From contig CABZXO010000004.1 of the NCBI GenBank assembly GCA_902529645.1, positions 9,226-73,225 on the forward strand: a stretch of DNA of 64,000 nt. The letters are read 5' to 3'. Positions within the stretch are counted from its first letter, which is position 1. Each line of letters begins with the position of its first letter. The DNA is from an uncultured Pelagibacteraceae bacterium. GTDB taxonomy: Bacteria > Pseudomonadota > Alphaproteobacteria > Pelagibacterales > Pelagibacteraceae. Below are positions 20,274 through 32,885 of the stretch, in pieces. The notes beneath the pieces are model-generated. The model saw only the letters and a program-made list of their open reading frames with translations, was not told the DNA's origin and made no database searches. Made by a program: the position numbers and the translations under genes.

Positions 20274-20316
20274 ATATTTGATTTTTTTGGTCTAAAAATA
20301 ATTATATTGCCAATGA

Positions 20317-20331
20317 GAACAAAATGTGTAC
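20317..20331. promoter_or_regulatory. LexA (SOS) box of recA
   Basis: GAAC-AAAATGT-GTAC (GAAC-N7-GTAC variant) about 50 nt upstream of recA. Confidence 0.8.
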
Positions 20332-20381
20332 ATTTATATTCATGATTCGAGTGATAAAAAATTTAAAAAAAGAGGCAAAAA

Positions 20382-21536
20382 ATGACGAAAAATAACCTAA
20401 AAGTAATTAAATCTACTAAAGATCAAGAAATGGATGTTAAAGAAAAGAACAAAGCGTTAGACGCTGCAATAGCTCAAATTACAGATAATTTTGGAAAAGG
20501 CTCTGTAATGAAGCTTGGTGAAAAGAGAGCCATGGATATAGAGTCTGTTTCAACAGGTTCTTTAAGTCTTGATTTAGCTTTAGGTATAGGTGGATTACCA
20601 AAAGGAAGAATTATTGAAGTTTATGGACCAGAGTCATCAGGAAAAACAACATTAGCATTACAAGTTGTTGCTGAAGCTCAAAAAGCTGGAGGCATTTGTG
20701 CATTCGTTGATGCTGAGCATGCATTAGATCCAGTTTATGCAAAAAAGTTAGGCGTAAATACGGAAGAACTTTTAATTTCACAACCAGATACTGGTGAACA
20801 AGCTTTAGAAATCGCTGATACACTAGTAAAATCAGGCTCTATTTCAGTAATCGTTATTGACTCCGTTGCAGCTTTAACCCCGAAAGCTGAAATCGAAGGT
20901 GAGATGGGAGATCACCATGTTGGTCTTCAATCAAGATTAATGAGTCAGGCGTTAAGAAAATTAACTGGTTCAATTTCAAACACAAACACAATGATGATTT
21001 TCATTAACCAAATCAGAATGAAGATTGGAGTTATGTTTGGAAGTCCTGAAACAACATCAGGTGGTAATGCACTAAAGTTTTACTCTTCTGTGAGAATGGA
21101 TATTAGAAGAATTGGTGCGATCAAAGATAAAGATGAAATAATTGGTAACTCTACTAGAGTGAAAGTAGTTAAGAATAAAGTAGCACCACCATTTAAAGTT
21201 GTTGAATTTGACTTGATGTATGGAAGAGGAATTAGCAAAATGGGCGAACTAGTCGATCTTGGTTCAAAAGCAGATATAATTGAAAAATCAGGTGCATGGT
21301 ATGCTTATAAGGGTGAGAAGATTGGTCAAGGCAGAGAAAATGCTAAGACTTATTTAGCTCAAAATCCTAAAGTTGCTGCAGAAATTGAAATGGCAATTAG
21401 AGAAAAAGCAGGTGTAATTTCGAAGAAAATAGAAGGAAATCCAATCGATCCTGAAAAATTAGAGAAAGAAAAGAAAGTAGCTGAAAAAGAAGAAGCTGAA
21501 AAAGCAGAAGCTACTCCTCCATCTAAAAAGAATTAA
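20382..21536 (+). CDS. recA: Recombinase RecA
   Basis: [40 protein letters not shown]. Confidence 0.99.
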   Translation: MTKNNLKVIKSTKDQEMDVKEKNKALDAAIAQITDNFGKGSVMKLGEKRAMDIESVSTGSLSLDLALGIGGLPKGRIIEVYGPESSGKTTLALQVVAEAQKAGGICAFVDAEHALDPVYAKKLGVNTEELLISQPDTGEQALEIADTLVKSGSISVIVIDSVAALTPKAEIEGEMGDHHVGLQSRLMSQALRKLTGSISNTNTMMIFINQIRMKIGVMFGSPETTSGGNALKFYSSVRMDIRRIGAIKDKDEIIGNSTRVKVVKNKVAPPFKVVEFDLMYGRGISKMGELVDLGSKADIIEKSGAWYAYKGEKIGQGRENAKTYLAQNPKVAAEIEMAIREKAGVISKKIEGNPIDPEKLEKEKKVAEKEEAEKAEATPPSKKN

Positions 21537-21556
21537 TAGATCATCTTTATTAATAT

Positions 21557-21585
21557 AAAAGGCGCTTAATTTAAGCGCCTTTTTT
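21557..21585 (+). terminator. Rho-independent terminator after recA
   Basis: AAAAGGCGCTTAA-T-TTAAGCGCCTTTT perfect hairpin with T tail. Confidence 0.9.
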
Positions 21586-21631
21586 CCCTTCGATATCTAG
21601 ACATAGAATAAAAAAGCTGTATTTTAAAAAT

Positions 21632-24298
21632 ATGGCAGACAAAACACTCAATGAAATAAGAAATACTTTTTTAAAATATTTTGAAAAGAACGATCATAAG
21701 ATTGTGGAGTCTAGTAATTTGGTTCCCAATAACGACCCTACATTGATGTTTGCTAATTCTGGAATGGTTCAGTTTAAAAATGTATTTACTGGATTAGAAA
21801 AAAGAGATTATGTAAGAGCTACCACTTCACAAAAATGTGTAAGGGCAGGCGGTAAGCATAACGATTTAGAAAATGTTGGTTACACACCAAGGCACCACAC
21901 CTTCTTTGAGATGTTAGGAAATTTTTCTTTTGGTGATTATTTTAAAGAGCAAGCAATTCATTATGCTTGGGATTTAATAACCAAAGATTTTGGAATAGAT
22001 AAAAACAGGCTTTACGTAACAGTATTTCACGAGGATGATGAAGCCTTCAATTTTTGGAAGAAAATAGCGGGTTTTAGCAATGACAGGATTATAAGGATAG
22101 CAACTTCTGATAATTTTTGGTCAATGGGTGAGACAGGTCCATGCGGCCCTTGCTCAGAAATTTTTTTTGACCACGGAGATCATTTACCAGGAGGTTTACC
22201 TGGAACTAAAGATGAGGATGGAGATAGATTTATAGAAATTTGGAACTTGGTCTTTATGCAGTTTGAGCAAGTTACACAAGATAAAAGAATTAATCTTCCA
22301 AAACCTTCTGTTGATACTGGAATGGGACTAGAAAGAATTGCAGCTTTATTACAAGGTTCACATGATAACTATGAAACAGATCATTTTAAAAAAATAATTG
22401 GTTCTGCATCTGAAATTACAAAAGTTAAGTCAGATAAATCTAATCTTGCAAGTTTTAGAGTAATAGCTGATCACTTAAGAGCAAGTTCGTTTTTAATAGC
22501 TGAGGGGGTTTTGCCTTCGAATGAAGGAAGAGGATATGTTCTTCGAAGAATTATGAGAAGAGGAATGAGACATTCTCATTTATTAGGATCTAAGGAACCA
22601 GTTTTTTATAATTTGTTCGACACTCTGAAAAATGAAATGTCTGAAAATTATCCAGAATTAGTTAGAGCAGAGTCTTTAATAAAAGAAACTTTAAAAATGG
22701 AAGAAGAAAAATTCTTAGTTCTATTAGATAGAGGAATTAAAATTTTAAATGATGAAATATCTAAAATAGATAAAGTATTACCAGGTGAGGTAGCTTTTAA
22801 ATTATACGATACTTATGGTTTCCCATTAGATCTTACTGAAGATATTTTAAGAAATAAATCTATGTCAATTGATACTAAAAAGTTTCAATCTTTGATGAAA
22901 GAAAGCAGAGAGCTTGCTAAAAAAAATTGGAAAGGTTCTGGTGATGCAGCAGTTGAAGATATTTGGTTTGGAATAAAAGATAAAGTTGAGCCAACTGAAT
23001 TTTTAGGATACGAAACTAATCATGCAGAAGGTGTCGTGTTATCTCTTTTAAAAGACAACAAAGAGGTAGATCAGTTAAAAGAAAATGATGAAGGAATGAT
23101 TATAGTAAATCAAACTCCTTTCTATGGCGAGTCAGGTGGACAAGTTGGTGATACTGGCGAAATAGTCTCGAATGATTTCAAATTTGAAGTAACAGATGTT
23201 CAAAAAAAATTAGGTGATTTATTTGTTCATTATGGAAAGGTAAAGAGTGGATCTATAAAACTACAGGAAAGTGTAGAGCTAAAAATCGATGAAGAAAGAA
23301 GAGATAATACTCGTGCTTATCACTCAGCAACCCATCTGCTACATGAATCATTACGAAGAGTTCTAGGTACTCATGTAACTCAAAAAGGATCTTTAGTAGA
23401 GCCAAGCAGATTAAGGTTTGATTTTAGCCATATGAAGCCAATTTTAAATGAGGAAATTTATAAAATAGAAGAGTTTGTAAACAAAATGGTCTCTAAAAAA
23501 TCTGATGTAAAAACTAGGTTAATGACACCTGATGAAGCAGTTGAAAATGGTGCTTTAGCATTATTTGGCGAAAAATATGGAGATGAAGTAAGAGTCCTTT
23601 CAATGGGAGACGAGGATGGAAAGTATTTTTCAACAGAACTATGTGGTGGAACACATGTCAAAAACACTGGTGATATTGGTAAATTTAAGATTGTCAGTCA
23701 GTCTTCAATTGCTGCAGGGGTTAGAAGAATTGAGGCATTAAGGGATAAACAGTTAGAGGAATATTTAAAAAATAAAGAGAAATTATCAAACCTATCTGCA
23801 GAAAAAGACGAGGAAACAATTAAAGATTTAAGTCAGCAAATTATAAAACTTGGTGGAAAGCCAAATTTAGAAGAAGCTAATCAAAAAACATTAATTAAAA
23901 ATTTAACTAAACAATTAGAAACTATATCAGTAAATGCAATTTTAGAAGATAAATCAAAAAACATTATTAAAGACGAAGAAATTAATGGAGTTAAGTTAAG
24001 ACTTCAAAAAATAGATGGTTTGCCTCCAAAAGAATTAAGAAAACTTGTAGACAAAGGTAAAAAAGATTTAGGTGAAGGTATTGTGGTAGTATTTGCAAAT
24101 AAGGATGACAAGGTTGGATTAGCTGTTGGAGTAACAGATAATTTAACAAGCAAGTTTGATGCAGTTCAATTTGTTAAAGTTGGCTCTGAAATAATTGGTG
24201 GTAAAGGAGGTGGAGGAAGAAAAGATTTTGCTCAAGCTGGTGGGCAGGATCAATCAAAAATTGAAGCAGCTTTTGAAAAGCTCAAGAGTTTAGTTTAA
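21632..24298 (+). CDS. alaS: Alanine--tRNA ligase
   Basis: [45 protein letters not shown]. Confidence 0.99.
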   Translation: MADKTLNEIRNTFLKYFEKNDHKIVESSNLVPNNDPTLMFANSGMVQFKNVFTGLEKRDYVRATTSQKCVRAGGKHNDLENVGYTPRHHTFFEMLGNFSFGDYFKEQAIHYAWDLITKDFGIDKNRLYVTVFHEDDEAFNFWKKIAGFSNDRIIRIATSDNFWSMGETGPCGPCSEIFFDHGDHLPGGLPGTKDEDGDRFIEIWNLVFMQFEQVTQDKRINLPKPSVDTGMGLERIAALLQGSHDNYETDHFKKIIGSASEITKVKSDKSNLASFRVIADHLRASSFLIAEGVLPSNEGRGYVLRRIMRRGMRHSHLLGSKEPVFYNLFDTLKNEMSENYPELVRAESLIKETLKMEEEKFLVLLDRGIKILNDEISKIDKVLPGEVAFKLYDTYGFPLDLTEDILRNKSMSIDTKKFQSLMKESRELAKKNWKGSGDAAVEDIWFGIKDKVEPTEFLGYETNHAEGVVLSLLKDNKEVDQLKENDEGMIIVNQTPFYGESGGQVGDTGEIVSNDFKFEVTDVQKKLGDLFVHYGKVKSGSIKLQESVELKIDEERRDNTRAYHSATHLLHESLRRVLGTHVTQKGSLVEPSRLRFDFSHMKPILNEEIYKIEEFVNKMVSKKSDVKTRLMTPDEAVENGALALFGEKYGDEVRVLSMGDEDGKYFSTELCGGTHVKNTGDIGKFKIVSQSSIAAGVRRIEALRDKQLEEYLKNKEKLSNLSAEKDEETIKDLSQQIIKLGGKPNLEEANQKTLIKNLTKQLETISVNAILEDKSKNIIKDEEINGVKLRLQKIDGLPPKELRKLVDKGKKDLGEGIVVVFANKDDKVGLAVGVTDNLTSKFDAVQFVKVGSEIIGGKGGGGRKDFAQAGGQDQSKIEAAFEKLKSLV

Positions 24299-25504
24299 TT
24301 TCTTTTTTAAGTTACCATCAATTTCATCTAAAAACTGATTCGTAGTCAAATACTTACTGTCAGGACCAATAAGAATTGCCAAATCTTTTGTCATTGATCC
24401 ACTTTCCACACTATCAATACAAACTTTTTCTAAAGTCTGTGCAAATTTAATTAGCTCCTCATTACTATCTAATTTACCTCTATGGGCTAATCCTCTTGTC
24501 CAAGCAAAAATAGATGCTATTGGGTTTGTTGAGGTTTCTTTTCCTTGTTGATGCATCCTATAATGCCTTGTTACTGTACCGTGCGCAGCTTCTGCCTCCA
24601 TTATTTTTCCATCTGGAGTTAACAATGTGCTTGTCATTAATCCTAAAGATCCGTACCCTTGTGCCATAGTATCTGATTGAACATCTCCATCATAATTTTT
24701 ACAAGCCCAAATATATTTTCCATTCCATTTCAATGCACAAGCAACCATATCATCAATTAATCTATGTTCGTAAGTCAAATTATTTTTTTTAAAATCTTGT
24801 TTATATTCTTTGTCAAAAATTTCTTGGAAAATATCTTTAAATCTTCCATCGTATTGTTTTAGAATTGTATTTTTGGTTGACATATAAACAGGCCATTTTT
24901 TAATTAACCCATAACTAAAACAAGATCTTGCAAAGTCTTTAATAGACTTATCTAAATTGTACATTGATAAAGCTACACCTGGACCTGTAAAATTAAATAC
25001 TTCATATTTAATTTCATCTTTTCCATCTTCTGATGTCCATTTGACTTCCATTTTTCCTTTTCCAGGAACTTTAAAGTCTGTTGCTCTATATTGATCACCA
25101 AATGCATGTCTTCCAATAATCACTGGATCAGTCCAAGAGGGAACAAGTTTTGGAATATTTTTACAAATAATTGGTTCTCTAAATACTGTTCCTCCAATTA
25201 TATTTCTTATAGTTCCGTTTGGAGATCTCCACATTTTTTTTAAATCAAATTCTTCTACTCTTGCTTCATCAGGTGTAATCGTTGCACATTTAATTCCAAC
25301 ACCAATCTTTTTGATCGCATTCGCAGAGTCTATTGTGATTTGATCGTCTGTATTATCTCTGCTTTTCATGCCTAAATCGTAATATTCGATACCAAGATCT
25401 AAATATGGAAGGATTAATTTATTTTTGATGAACTCCCATATAATACGAGTCATTTCATCGCCATCCAGCTCGACAACTGGGTTTTTTACCTTGATTTTGC
25501 TCAT
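24290..25504 (-). CDS. icd: NADP-dependent isocitrate dehydrogenase (type II)
   Basis: [38 protein letters not shown]. Confidence 0.98.
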   Translation of the reverse strand: MSKIKVKNPVVELDGDEMTRIIWEFIKNKLILPYLDLGIEYYDLGMKSRDNTDDQITIDSANAIKKIGVGIKCATITPDEARVEEFDLKKMWRSPNGTIRNIIGGTVFREPIICKNIPKLVPSWTDPVIIGRHAFGDQYRATDFKVPGKGKMEVKWTSEDGKDEIKYEVFNFTGPGVALSMYNLDKSIKDFARSCFSYGLIKKWPVYMSTKNTILKQYDGRFKDIFQEIFDKEYKQDFKKNNLTYEHRLIDDMVACALKWNGKYIWACKNYDGDVQSDTMAQGYGSLGLMTSTLLTPDGKIMEAEAAHGTVTRHYRMHQQGKETSTNPIASIFAWTRGLAHRGKLDSNEELIKFAQTLEKVCIDSVESGSMTKDLAILIGPDSKYLTTNQFLDEIDGNLKKKLN

Positions 25505-25580
25505 TAAATAAAAATTATCTTAATAATTGAATTTGATAGTTTTATATACATATTAATCGAAAATTAGCAAATAGAAGAAT

Positions 25581-26228
25581 ATGTTTAGTAAGATATTTCC
25601 AAAGATTCACACAGAAGGATACAAGTTTATAGTAATAGCTGTATTCATAACTTTCATTTTTTTAATTATTAATAATTTTTTAGGATTAATAGGAATTTTA
25701 CTAAGTGTCTGGGTTTATTATTTTTTTAGAGATCCAGAGAGAACAATAATAGGAGATGATAATTACCTTGTCAGTCCAGCTGATGGAGAAGTGATTAAAG
25801 TTGAAGAGGTGGATGGTCCAAGAGAGCTTGGATTAGAAAATAAAAAATTTAAAAAAATAAGTATTTTTATGAATGTCTTTGATTGTCATGTAAACCGAAC
25901 ACCGTGCTCAGGTATTGTTGAAGATATTTTATATAAACCAGGTAAATTTTTAAATGCATCTTTAGATAAAGCAAGTGAGGACAATGAGAGAAATTATTAT
26001 AAAATTAAAGATAAGCATGGGAATGATATTGTAATTGTTCAAATTGCAGGATTAGTTGCAAGAAGAATTGTTTGTGAAACAAATAAAAATCAGGAATTAA
26101 ATCAAGGTGATAGAATTGGGATGATTAGATTTGGTAGTAGAGCAGACGTTTATTATGAAAATTATGAGCCACTAGTTAAAGTTGGTCAAACAGCAATTTC
26201 AGGAGAAACACTGCTGGCTAAAAATTAA
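25581..26228 (+). CDS. psd: Phosphatidylserine decarboxylase proenzyme
   Basis: FFRDPER, SPADG, HVNRTP, IRFGS cleavage site. Confidence 0.95.
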   Translation: MFSKIFPKIHTEGYKFIVIAVFITFIFLIINNFLGLIGILLSVWVYYFFRDPERTIIGDDNYLVSPADGEVIKVEEVDGPRELGLENKKFKKISIFMNVFDCHVNRTPCSGIVEDILYKPGKFLNASLDKASEDNERNYYKIKDKHGNDIVIVQIAGLVARRIVCETNKNQELNQGDRIGMIRFGSRADVYYENYEPLVKVGQTAISGETLLAKN

Positions 26229-26231
26229 TTT

Positions 26232-27041
26232 ATGGAACAGCCAAAAAACAATTTAAAAATTGTTACAGATAAAAAAACTAACGCAAGGGTAATTTTACCT
26301 AACATGCTAACTCTTATTGGCGTTTGTATAGGTTTATCATCAATCAGATTTGCATTGGATGGAAAATTTGAATTTGCAATTATAGCAATTATGTTTGCCG
26401 CTCTTATTGATGGGTTAGATGGAAGAATAGCAAGATTAATTAAAGGGACATCAAAAGTTGGCAAAGAATTAGATTCTCTTACAGATATGATAAGTTTTGG
26501 AGTAGCCCCAGCATTTATTATGTATTTCTGGAAACTAAATACATTAGGAAGATTTGGATGGTTGTTATGTTTAATATATGTAATTTGTGTTGCATTACGT
26601 TTAGCTCGTTTCAATGTAAATACAGGTCAAGTATCTTCCTGGAGAGATAATTTTTTTGAAGGAGTTCCATCTCCAGCGGGTGGTATCTTAGTTTTAACAC
26701 CGTTAATTTTAAGTCTTACAAGCTTTGATTTTATAATTCTAAATTATGATATTGTTGTTCCAGTTTTTTTTATTGTAACATCTCTCTTGCTTATCAGTAA
26801 ATTTCCAAGTTATTCATTTAAAAAAATTGTAATTCAAAGAAAAGCAACCATTTTTTTATTATTTGGAATAGTTTTATTTTTTGGATTACTTCTAATATAT
26901 CCATTTAATGTTATATCTATTAGTGCAATTATATATTTAGGTATGCTTCCAATTAGTTTTTATCACTATCAAAAGTTGAAAAAACAAAATGAGGATCAAA
27001 ACTTAAAAGATTATGAAGACGATCTTGAAGATATTCTATAA
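26232..27041 (+). CDS. pssA: CDP-diacylglycerol--serine O-phosphatidyltransferase
   Basis: DGLDGRIAR...GKELDSLTD, RLARFN; adjacent to psd. Confidence 0.95.
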   Translation: MEQPKNNLKIVTDKKTNARVILPNMLTLIGVCIGLSSIRFALDGKFEFAIIAIMFAALIDGLDGRIARLIKGTSKVGKELDSLTDMISFGVAPAFIMYFWKLNTLGRFGWLLCLIYVICVALRLARFNVNTGQVSSWRDNFFEGVPSPAGGILVLTPLILSLTSFDFIILNYDIVVPVFFIVTSLLLISKFPSYSFKKIVIQRKATIFLLFGIVLFFGLLLIYPFNVISISAIIYLGMLPISFYHYQKLKKQNEDQNLKDYEDDLEDIL

Positions 27042-27940
27042 TGAAAGAAAATGTCATTATAACTTTAGCAGACTCTAATTATTATGAGTTATTAGATGAA
27101 TTGGTTAACTCTATTAAACGCTTTAAAGAAAGTGAAAATATTGCAATCTGTATTTTAGATGCAGGTTTATCAGATGAACAAAAAAAACAGCTTTCACAAA
27201 AGGTTGATGAAATAAAATCAGCTGAGTGGGACATAGAAGTACCAGATTTTAAAGTTAAAGGAAAAGAGTGGCTCAAAAGCCAAGTTTCAAGAGCCTTTTT
27301 ACCAAAATACTTTCCTGGTTATAAGAAATACTTATGGATAGATGCAGATGCATGGGTCAATTCATGGAGTGCAATTGAGCTATACTTAAAGGGATGTGAA
27401 AATAATAAACTATCTATTGCAACTTCTGCAGATAGAGCTTACGGGAGAGTACTAAGAGCCGAATGGGTCTTGGGAAGTTTTGCTAGAGTTAAGTCGCAGA
27501 ATTATAAACATGCAAAGTCATCAGGTTTCTCAGAAAAAATAGCGAGAGAAGTTGCTTTAAAACCTCATCTAAATATAGGAGTATTTGCATTAGAAGCAAA
27601 TGCATCTCACTGGGAAGTTTGGCAAAAAAATTTAAGAGCAGCATTAAAATCTGGGAAAATTTGGGGCTCAGAACAAATAGCAATGAATATTACAATTTAT
27701 CATGACGGATTAAATGTTGAGATATTACCAGCTTATTGTAATTGGACATTAATAGAGGCATTAAAATTTGACAAAGAAAAAAATACATTAGTTGAACCTT
27801 ATCTTCCAAATCATCAAATAGGCATCGTACATTTTGCAGGAAAAAATAACGATCTCATAAGAAATGATAAAAATTTTATTTCAAAATTAAGAGCTACCGA
27901 TGGTAGTTTAATAGAAATGAAACTTAGGTTTAAAAATTAA
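27041..27940 (+). CDS. GT-A fold glycosyltransferase (GT8-like)
   Basis: WIDADAW DxD motif, NIGVF, EQIAMN, IVHFAG. Confidence 0.7.
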   Translation: MKENVIITLADSNYYELLDELVNSIKRFKESENIAICILDAGLSDEQKKQLSQKVDEIKSAEWDIEVPDFKVKGKEWLKSQVSRAFLPKYFPGYKKYLWIDADAWVNSWSAIELYLKGCENNKLSIATSADRAYGRVLRAEWVLGSFARVKSQNYKHAKSSGFSEKIAREVALKPHLNIGVFALEANASHWEVWQKNLRAALKSGKIWGSEQIAMNITIYHDGLNVEILPAYCNWTLIEALKFDKEKNTLVEPYLPNHQIGIVHFAGKNNDLIRNDKNFISKLRATDGSLIEMKLRFKN

Positions 27941-28552
27941 TTGAAAAAAAATAAAATTTCAAAAAACTGGGTAAATAAACAAAGAAGAGACATTTATGTT
28001 AGACAATCTAAGGTAGATGGTTACAGAGCTAGATCAGCTTACAAATTAATTGAAATTGATGAGAAATTTAAAATTTTTAAAGGTGGATTATCAGTAATTG
28101 ATATTGGTGCAGCCCCAGGAAGCTGGTCACAATATGCTATTAAAGCAGCTAAAAGTGGAAAATTAATATCGATAGACTTAAAAAAAATGGAGTCGATAGG
28201 TAATAGTATTCAAATCCAAGGAGATTTTACTGAAGAAAAAACTCAAGAAGAAATTAAAAAAAATATAAACGGTAAAGTTGATATCGTAATGTCTGATATG
28301 GCCGTAGATACAACTGGTATTAAAAATATAGACTCAATTCAAACCGGAGAACTATGTAAAGAGGCAATGTTTTTTGCAAAAGATTTAATGAAAGAAAATG
28401 GATATTTTATTTCAAAAATTTTTATGGGAGGAACATTTAACGAAATCGTCGCAGAGGGAAAAAAATATTTTAAAGAAGTTAAGGTTTTTAAACCAAAATC
28501 TAGCAGAAAAGATTCAAAAGAAAGTTTTATAATTTGTAGAAAAATTCAATAG
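27941..28552 (+). CDS. rlmE: 23S rRNA Um2552 methyltransferase
   Basis: YRARSAYKL, DIGAAPGSW, SDMA, KPKSSR; TTG start. Confidence 0.95.
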   Translation: MKKNKISKNWVNKQRRDIYVRQSKVDGYRARSAYKLIEIDEKFKIFKGGLSVIDIGAAPGSWSQYAIKAAKSGKLISIDLKKMESIGNSIQIQGDFTEEKTQEEIKKNINGKVDIVMSDMAVDTTGIKNIDSIQTGELCKEAMFFAKDLMKENGYFISKIFMGGTFNEIVAEGKKYFKEVKVFKPKSSRKDSKESFIICRKIQ

Positions 28553-28589
28553 AGACTTTTATTTTTAAAGGAATCGTATATAAAAGATT

Positions 28590-29666
28590 ATGGTTCCCAT
28601 AAAAGAAGCACTTACCTTTGATGATGTTACATTAGCTCCAAAGTATTCTGAAATATTACCATGTGATACAGATACTAGTGTATCTCTAACAAAGCATTTG
28701 AAACTTAAAATTCCACTTTTATCATCTGCGATGGATACTGTCACAGAGAGTAGAATGGCAATAGCTATAGCTAAAGTTGGTGGTATTGGAGTGATTCACA
28801 GAAACCTTGATATAAAAAAACAATTATCAGAGATAAAAAAAGTAAAAAAACAAAAACTAATTATTGGAGCAGCTGTAGGTGCAGCACCAAATGAATTTGT
28901 CAGAGCTAAAGAAATAGTTAAAGAAGGTGTAGATTTAATCGTAGTAGACACAGCACATGGCCATACAAAGAAAGTTGCCGAAATAATTAAATATATTAAA
29001 AAAATAAAAACTAACAAAATTGCTTTGTGTGCAGGAAATATTGCAACACCAGAAGCTGCAAAATTCCTAATAAAGTTAGGAGTAGATATAATTAAAATTG
29101 GCATAGGGCCAGGTTCTATCTGTACAACAAGACTGGTTGCAGGAATAGGAGTTCCTCAATTGAGTGCAATTTTAGCTGTCAGAAGTGGTTTAAAAAATAA
29201 AAATGTTAAAATAATTTCAGATGGTGGAATAAAATATTCTGGTGATTTAGCAAAAGCTTTTTCTGCCGGAGCTGATGCTGTAATGATAGGTTCGTTATTT
29301 GCAGGTACAAACGAAACCCCAGGTAAATTGATTAAAAAAAATGGACAGCTTTTTAAAAGTTTTAGAGGCATGGGGTCAGTTGGAGCTATGAATAAAGGGT
29401 CAGCTGATAGATACTTTCAAAAAAAACAAAAAGATTCTTCAAAATATGTACCTGAGGGTGTTGAAGGTTTTGTAAAATATAAAGGAGATGTTGGCAGTGT
29501 TATTTATAAATTAATTGGTGGATTGAAATCTTCCATGGGTTATCTTGGTTCAAAAACAATCATTAAATTAAGACATAAACCACAATTTTTGAAAATTACA
29601 AAAGCTGGATTTTATGAAAGTATGGTTCATAATGTAGATGTGGTAAAAAACGATAGTAAATATTAA
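28590..29666 (+). CDS. guaB: IMP dehydrogenase lacking the CBS subdomain
   Basis: [38 protein letters not shown]; 358 aa. Confidence 0.96.
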   Translation: MVPIKEALTFDDVTLAPKYSEILPCDTDTSVSLTKHLKLKIPLLSSAMDTVTESRMAIAIAKVGGIGVIHRNLDIKKQLSEIKKVKKQKLIIGAAVGAAPNEFVRAKEIVKEGVDLIVVDTAHGHTKKVAEIIKYIKKIKTNKIALCAGNIATPEAAKFLIKLGVDIIKIGIGPGSICTTRLVAGIGVPQLSAILAVRSGLKNKNVKIISDGGIKYSGDLAKAFSAGADAVMIGSLFAGTNETPGKLIKKNGQLFKSFRGMGSVGAMNKGSADRYFQKKQKDSSKYVPEGVEGFVKYKGDVGSVIYKLIGGLKSSMGYLGSKTIIKLRHKPQFLKITKAGFYESMVHNVDVVKNDSKY

Positions 29667-30106
29667 TGAGCAAATTTTTCAAATTAATTGGATTAATACT
29701 TTTAACAGCTTCTTTTAACAGCACGTCCTTAAGTAAAGAAAATTTTTTTAATGAAGCTCTAGAATTGTTTAAAAAAGAAAAATATGAAGATGCACGTTTT
29801 CTATTTGAGAGAAATATTGTTTTTAATCCAAAAGATGCAAACTCATATTTATATTTAGCAAAAATTTATAACCAAGAAGAAAATCAAAGAAAAGAAGAAT
29901 ACAATTTAGAAACAACACTTTTAATTGAACCTGGCAATGAAGAAGCTTTATTAATGTTAATGAAAATTGCTTTAGAAAAATCTAATTATGAGAAAGTTAA
30001 AGATCTTTCAGATAAGTTTGTAAAAGTTTGTAAAAATTTATGTGATGAAAACAAAGATATTCAAGAGTCATTAAAAAATATAGAACCTGAAAATAATGAG
30101 TCTTGA
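29666..30106 (+). CDS. Secreted TPR-repeat protein
   Basis: Signal peptide and TPR-like helices ([15 protein letters not shown]). Confidence 0.75.
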   Translation: MSKFFKLIGLILLTASFNSTSLSKENFFNEALELFKKEKYEDARFLFERNIVFNPKDANSYLYLAKIYNQEENQRKEEYNLETTLLIEPGNEEALLMLMKIALEKSNYEKVKDLSDKFVKVCKNLCDENKDIQESLKNIEPENNES

Positions 30107-31658
30107 TCAAAATCTTAACAAAATCCTAATAATAGATTTTGGTTCTCAATTTACTCAATTAATTGCAAGAAGAGTAAGAGAATTAGGTGTATTTTCTGAA
30201 ATAGTTAGTCACAAAAAAATAAAACTAATAGACATAAATCACAGTATTAAAGGAATAGTATTGTCTGGTGGTCCATTAAATGTTTATCAAATAAATAAAT
30301 ATTCATTTGATAAAAAAATTTTACAAGTTGATGTACCAGTTCTTGGAATATGTTTTGGGCATCAAATTTTATCAAAACTTAGTGGTGGAAGAGTAAAACA
30401 ATCAAAACATCGAGAATTTGGTGTAGCTAATGTTTATAAAAAGAATAACAGTCTTTTAACAACTAATTTTTTTGGAAACAAAAAATTTAAACAAGTTTGG
30501 ATGAGTCATGCTGATCAAGTTTCAAAACTGCCTAAGAATTTTAAAGTTGTTGCATCAAGCACTAATTCAAAGTTTGCAATTGTTGAAAATAAAATAAAAA
30601 AATATTATGGGGTACAATTCCACCCAGAGGTAACTCATACAGAGAACGGTAAAAAATTAATAAGTAATTTTATATTTTTGATTTGTAAAATTAAAAGGAA
30701 TTGGTCCTCTAAGGATCAAAAAAATCAGCTAATTAATGATGTTAGAAAACAAGTTGGAAATAATAAAGTTATTTGTGCATTATCAGGAGGTGTGGATAGT
30801 AGTGTAGTCGCTCAATTACTGAATAAAGCTATTGGAAAAAAACTTTATTGTATTTTTGTAAACACTGGCCTTTTAAGAAAAAATGAGGAAATACAAGTAG
30901 TTCAGACATTTAAGAAGCGCTTAAAAATAAATTTAATTTATGTAAATGCTGAAAAGGAATTTTTAAAAAAGTTAAAAAATGTTTCTGATCCTGAGAAAAA
31001 AAGAAAAATAATTGGTAATTTATTTATTAAAATTTTTGAGCGATATGCCAAGAAAATTAAAAATGTTAAATTTTTAGCTCAAGGCACTTTATATCCAGAT
31101 TTAATTGAGAGCAAATCTGTTACTGGAAGCCAAACCTCAAAAATAAAATCTCATCATAATGTTGGTGGGTTGCCAAAAAAAATGAATTTAAAATTAGTAG
31201 AACCACTAAAATTCTTATTTAAGGACGAGGTACGAAAATTAGGATTAGAATTAAATTTAAGTAAAGAAATTATTTCAAGACATCCTTTTCCCGGACCAGG
31301 TTTAGCTATTCGAATTCCAGGTATAATAACTAATGAAAAAATCAAAATTTTAAAAGAAGCTGATTATTATTTTATACAAAATTTAAAAAACAATGGTCTT
31401 TATCATAAGATTTGGCAAGCTTATGCAGCTTTGCTACCTGTAAAAACAGTCGGAGTAATGGGTGATAATCGTACTTATGAATATCTTTGCTTATTAAGAG
31501 CAATTACCTCTGAAGATGGAATGACAGCAGATTATTATGAATTTAAAAAGTCATTTATGCAATCTATATCAAATAAAATAGTGAATAGTATTAGAGGTAT
31601 CAATAGAGTTGTATATGATGTTACATCAAAACCACCAAGCACTATTGAATTAGAGTAA
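30096..31658 (+). CDS. guaA: GMP synthase (glutamine-hydrolysing)
   Basis: [37 protein letters not shown]. Confidence 0.98.
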   Translation: MSLDQNLNKILIIDFGSQFTQLIARRVRELGVFSEIVSHKKIKLIDINHSIKGIVLSGGPLNVYQINKYSFDKKILQVDVPVLGICFGHQILSKLSGGRVKQSKHREFGVANVYKKNNSLLTTNFFGNKKFKQVWMSHADQVSKLPKNFKVVASSTNSKFAIVENKIKKYYGVQFHPEVTHTENGKKLISNFIFLICKIKRNWSSKDQKNQLINDVRKQVGNNKVICALSGGVDSSVVAQLLNKAIGKKLYCIFVNTGLLRKNEEIQVVQTFKKRLKINLIYVNAEKEFLKKLKNVSDPEKKRKIIGNLFIKIFERYAKKIKNVKFLAQGTLYPDLIESKSVTGSQTSKIKSHHNVGGLPKKMNLKLVEPLKFLFKDEVRKLGLELNLSKEIISRHPFPGPGLAIRIPGIITNEKIKILKEADYYFIQNLKNNGLYHKIWQAYAALLPVKTVGVMGDNRTYEYLCLLRAITSEDGMTADYYEFKKSFMQSISNKIVNSIRGINRVVYDVTSKPPSTIELE

Positions 31659-31679
31659 TTTTTAACTATAAATATTGAT

Positions 31680-32099
31680 ATGAAATATTTACATACCATG
31701 ATTAGAATTAGTGATGTTGATGCATCTCTAAGGTTTTTTTGTGAAGGTCTTGGACTTAAAGAAACAAGAAGAAAAGATAGTGAAAAAGGAAGATACACTT
31801 TAATTTTTCTTGCCCCACCAAATGACAAAAATGCAGAGATTGAATTAACATATAATTGGGATGGTGATGATCTAGGTGAGGGATCAAGAAATTTTGGTCA
31901 TCTAGCTTATAGAGTAGATAATGTTTATGATACATGTCAAAAACTTATGGACATGGGTTATACTATCAATAGACCGCCAAGAGACGGTCATATGGCATTT
32001 GTTAGATCACCAGATAAAATTTCAATAGAATTACTTCAAGATGGATATTTAGATCCTCAAGAACCCTGGTCTTCAATGGAAAATACTGGCATTTGGTAA
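31680..32099 (+). CDS. gloA: Lactoylglutathione lyase (glyoxalase I)
   Basis: YLHTMIRI, IELTYNW, FGHLA, SPDKISIEL. Confidence 0.9.
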   Translation: MKYLHTMIRISDVDASLRFFCEGLGLKETRRKDSEKGRYTLIFLAPPNDKNAEIELTYNWDGDDLGEGSRNFGHLAYRVDNVYDTCQKLMDMGYTINRPPRDGHMAFVRSPDKISIELLQDGYLDPQEPWSSMENTGIW

Positions 32100-32114
32100 T
32101 TTGTACCAATGTGA

Positions 32115-32885
32115 ATGAGCAAAATTAAAAAAATAATTTCTAAAAAAAACAAGACTAAAATAGTTAGTCTTACTGCATATTCAAAAAACGTTGCATCTAT
32201 TTTAGATAATTATTGCGATATCATACTCGTTGGAGACTCTCTCGGATCTGTTTTGTATAATTATAAATCTACGAGAGAAGTAAATTTGAATACTATGATT
32301 GAACATTCTAAAAGTGTCAGAATGGGAATAAAAAAAAGTTTAATGATTGTTGACATGCCGCATAACACCTATCGAAATCCCAAAGAAGCTTTAAAAAATG
32401 CAAAACAAATAATGAAAAAAACTAAATGCGATGGAGTAAAATTAGAGGGTGGAAAAAAAATTTATGAAACAGTCAAAACTTTAGTTAAAAATAAAATTCC
32501 AGTTATGGGTCATTTAGGATTACTTCCTCAATCAGATAAAACTTTCAAATTTAAGGGTAAAAATGAACTAGAGAGAAATAATATTATTAGGGACGCACAA
32601 TTATTAGAAAAAGCAGGAGTGTTTTCAATTGTTTTAGAATGTGTGGAAACTTCTCTGGCAAAGCTTGTGACTAAAAGTTTAAATATTCTAACTATTGGTA
32701 TTGGATCTTCTAAATATTGTGATGGTCAAATATTAGTTTTTGATGATTTAATTGGATTAAATCCAATGAATTATAGATTTGTAAAAAAATACGCCAATAT
32801 TAGAAATTATATTTCTAAATCTGTTTTAAATTATTCAAAAGAAGTTAGAAAAATCAAATTTCCAAATAAAAAAAATTCTTATTAA
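32115..32885 (+). CDS. panB: 3-methyl-2-oxobutanoate hydroxymethyltransferase
   Basis: LVGDSLG, VDMP, VKLEGG, GHLGLLPQ, DGQILV. Confidence 0.96.
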   Translation: MSKIKKIISKKNKTKIVSLTAYSKNVASILDNYCDIILVGDSLGSVLYNYKSTREVNLNTMIEHSKSVRMGIKKSLMIVDMPHNTYRNPKEALKNAKQIMKKTKCDGVKLEGGKKIYETVKTLVKNKIPVMGHLGLLPQSDKTFKFKGKNELERNNIIRDAQLLEKAGVFSIVLECVETSLAKLVTKSLNILTIGIGSSKYCDGQILVFDDLIGLNPMNYRFVKKYANIRNYISKSVLNYSKEVRKIKFPNKKNSY

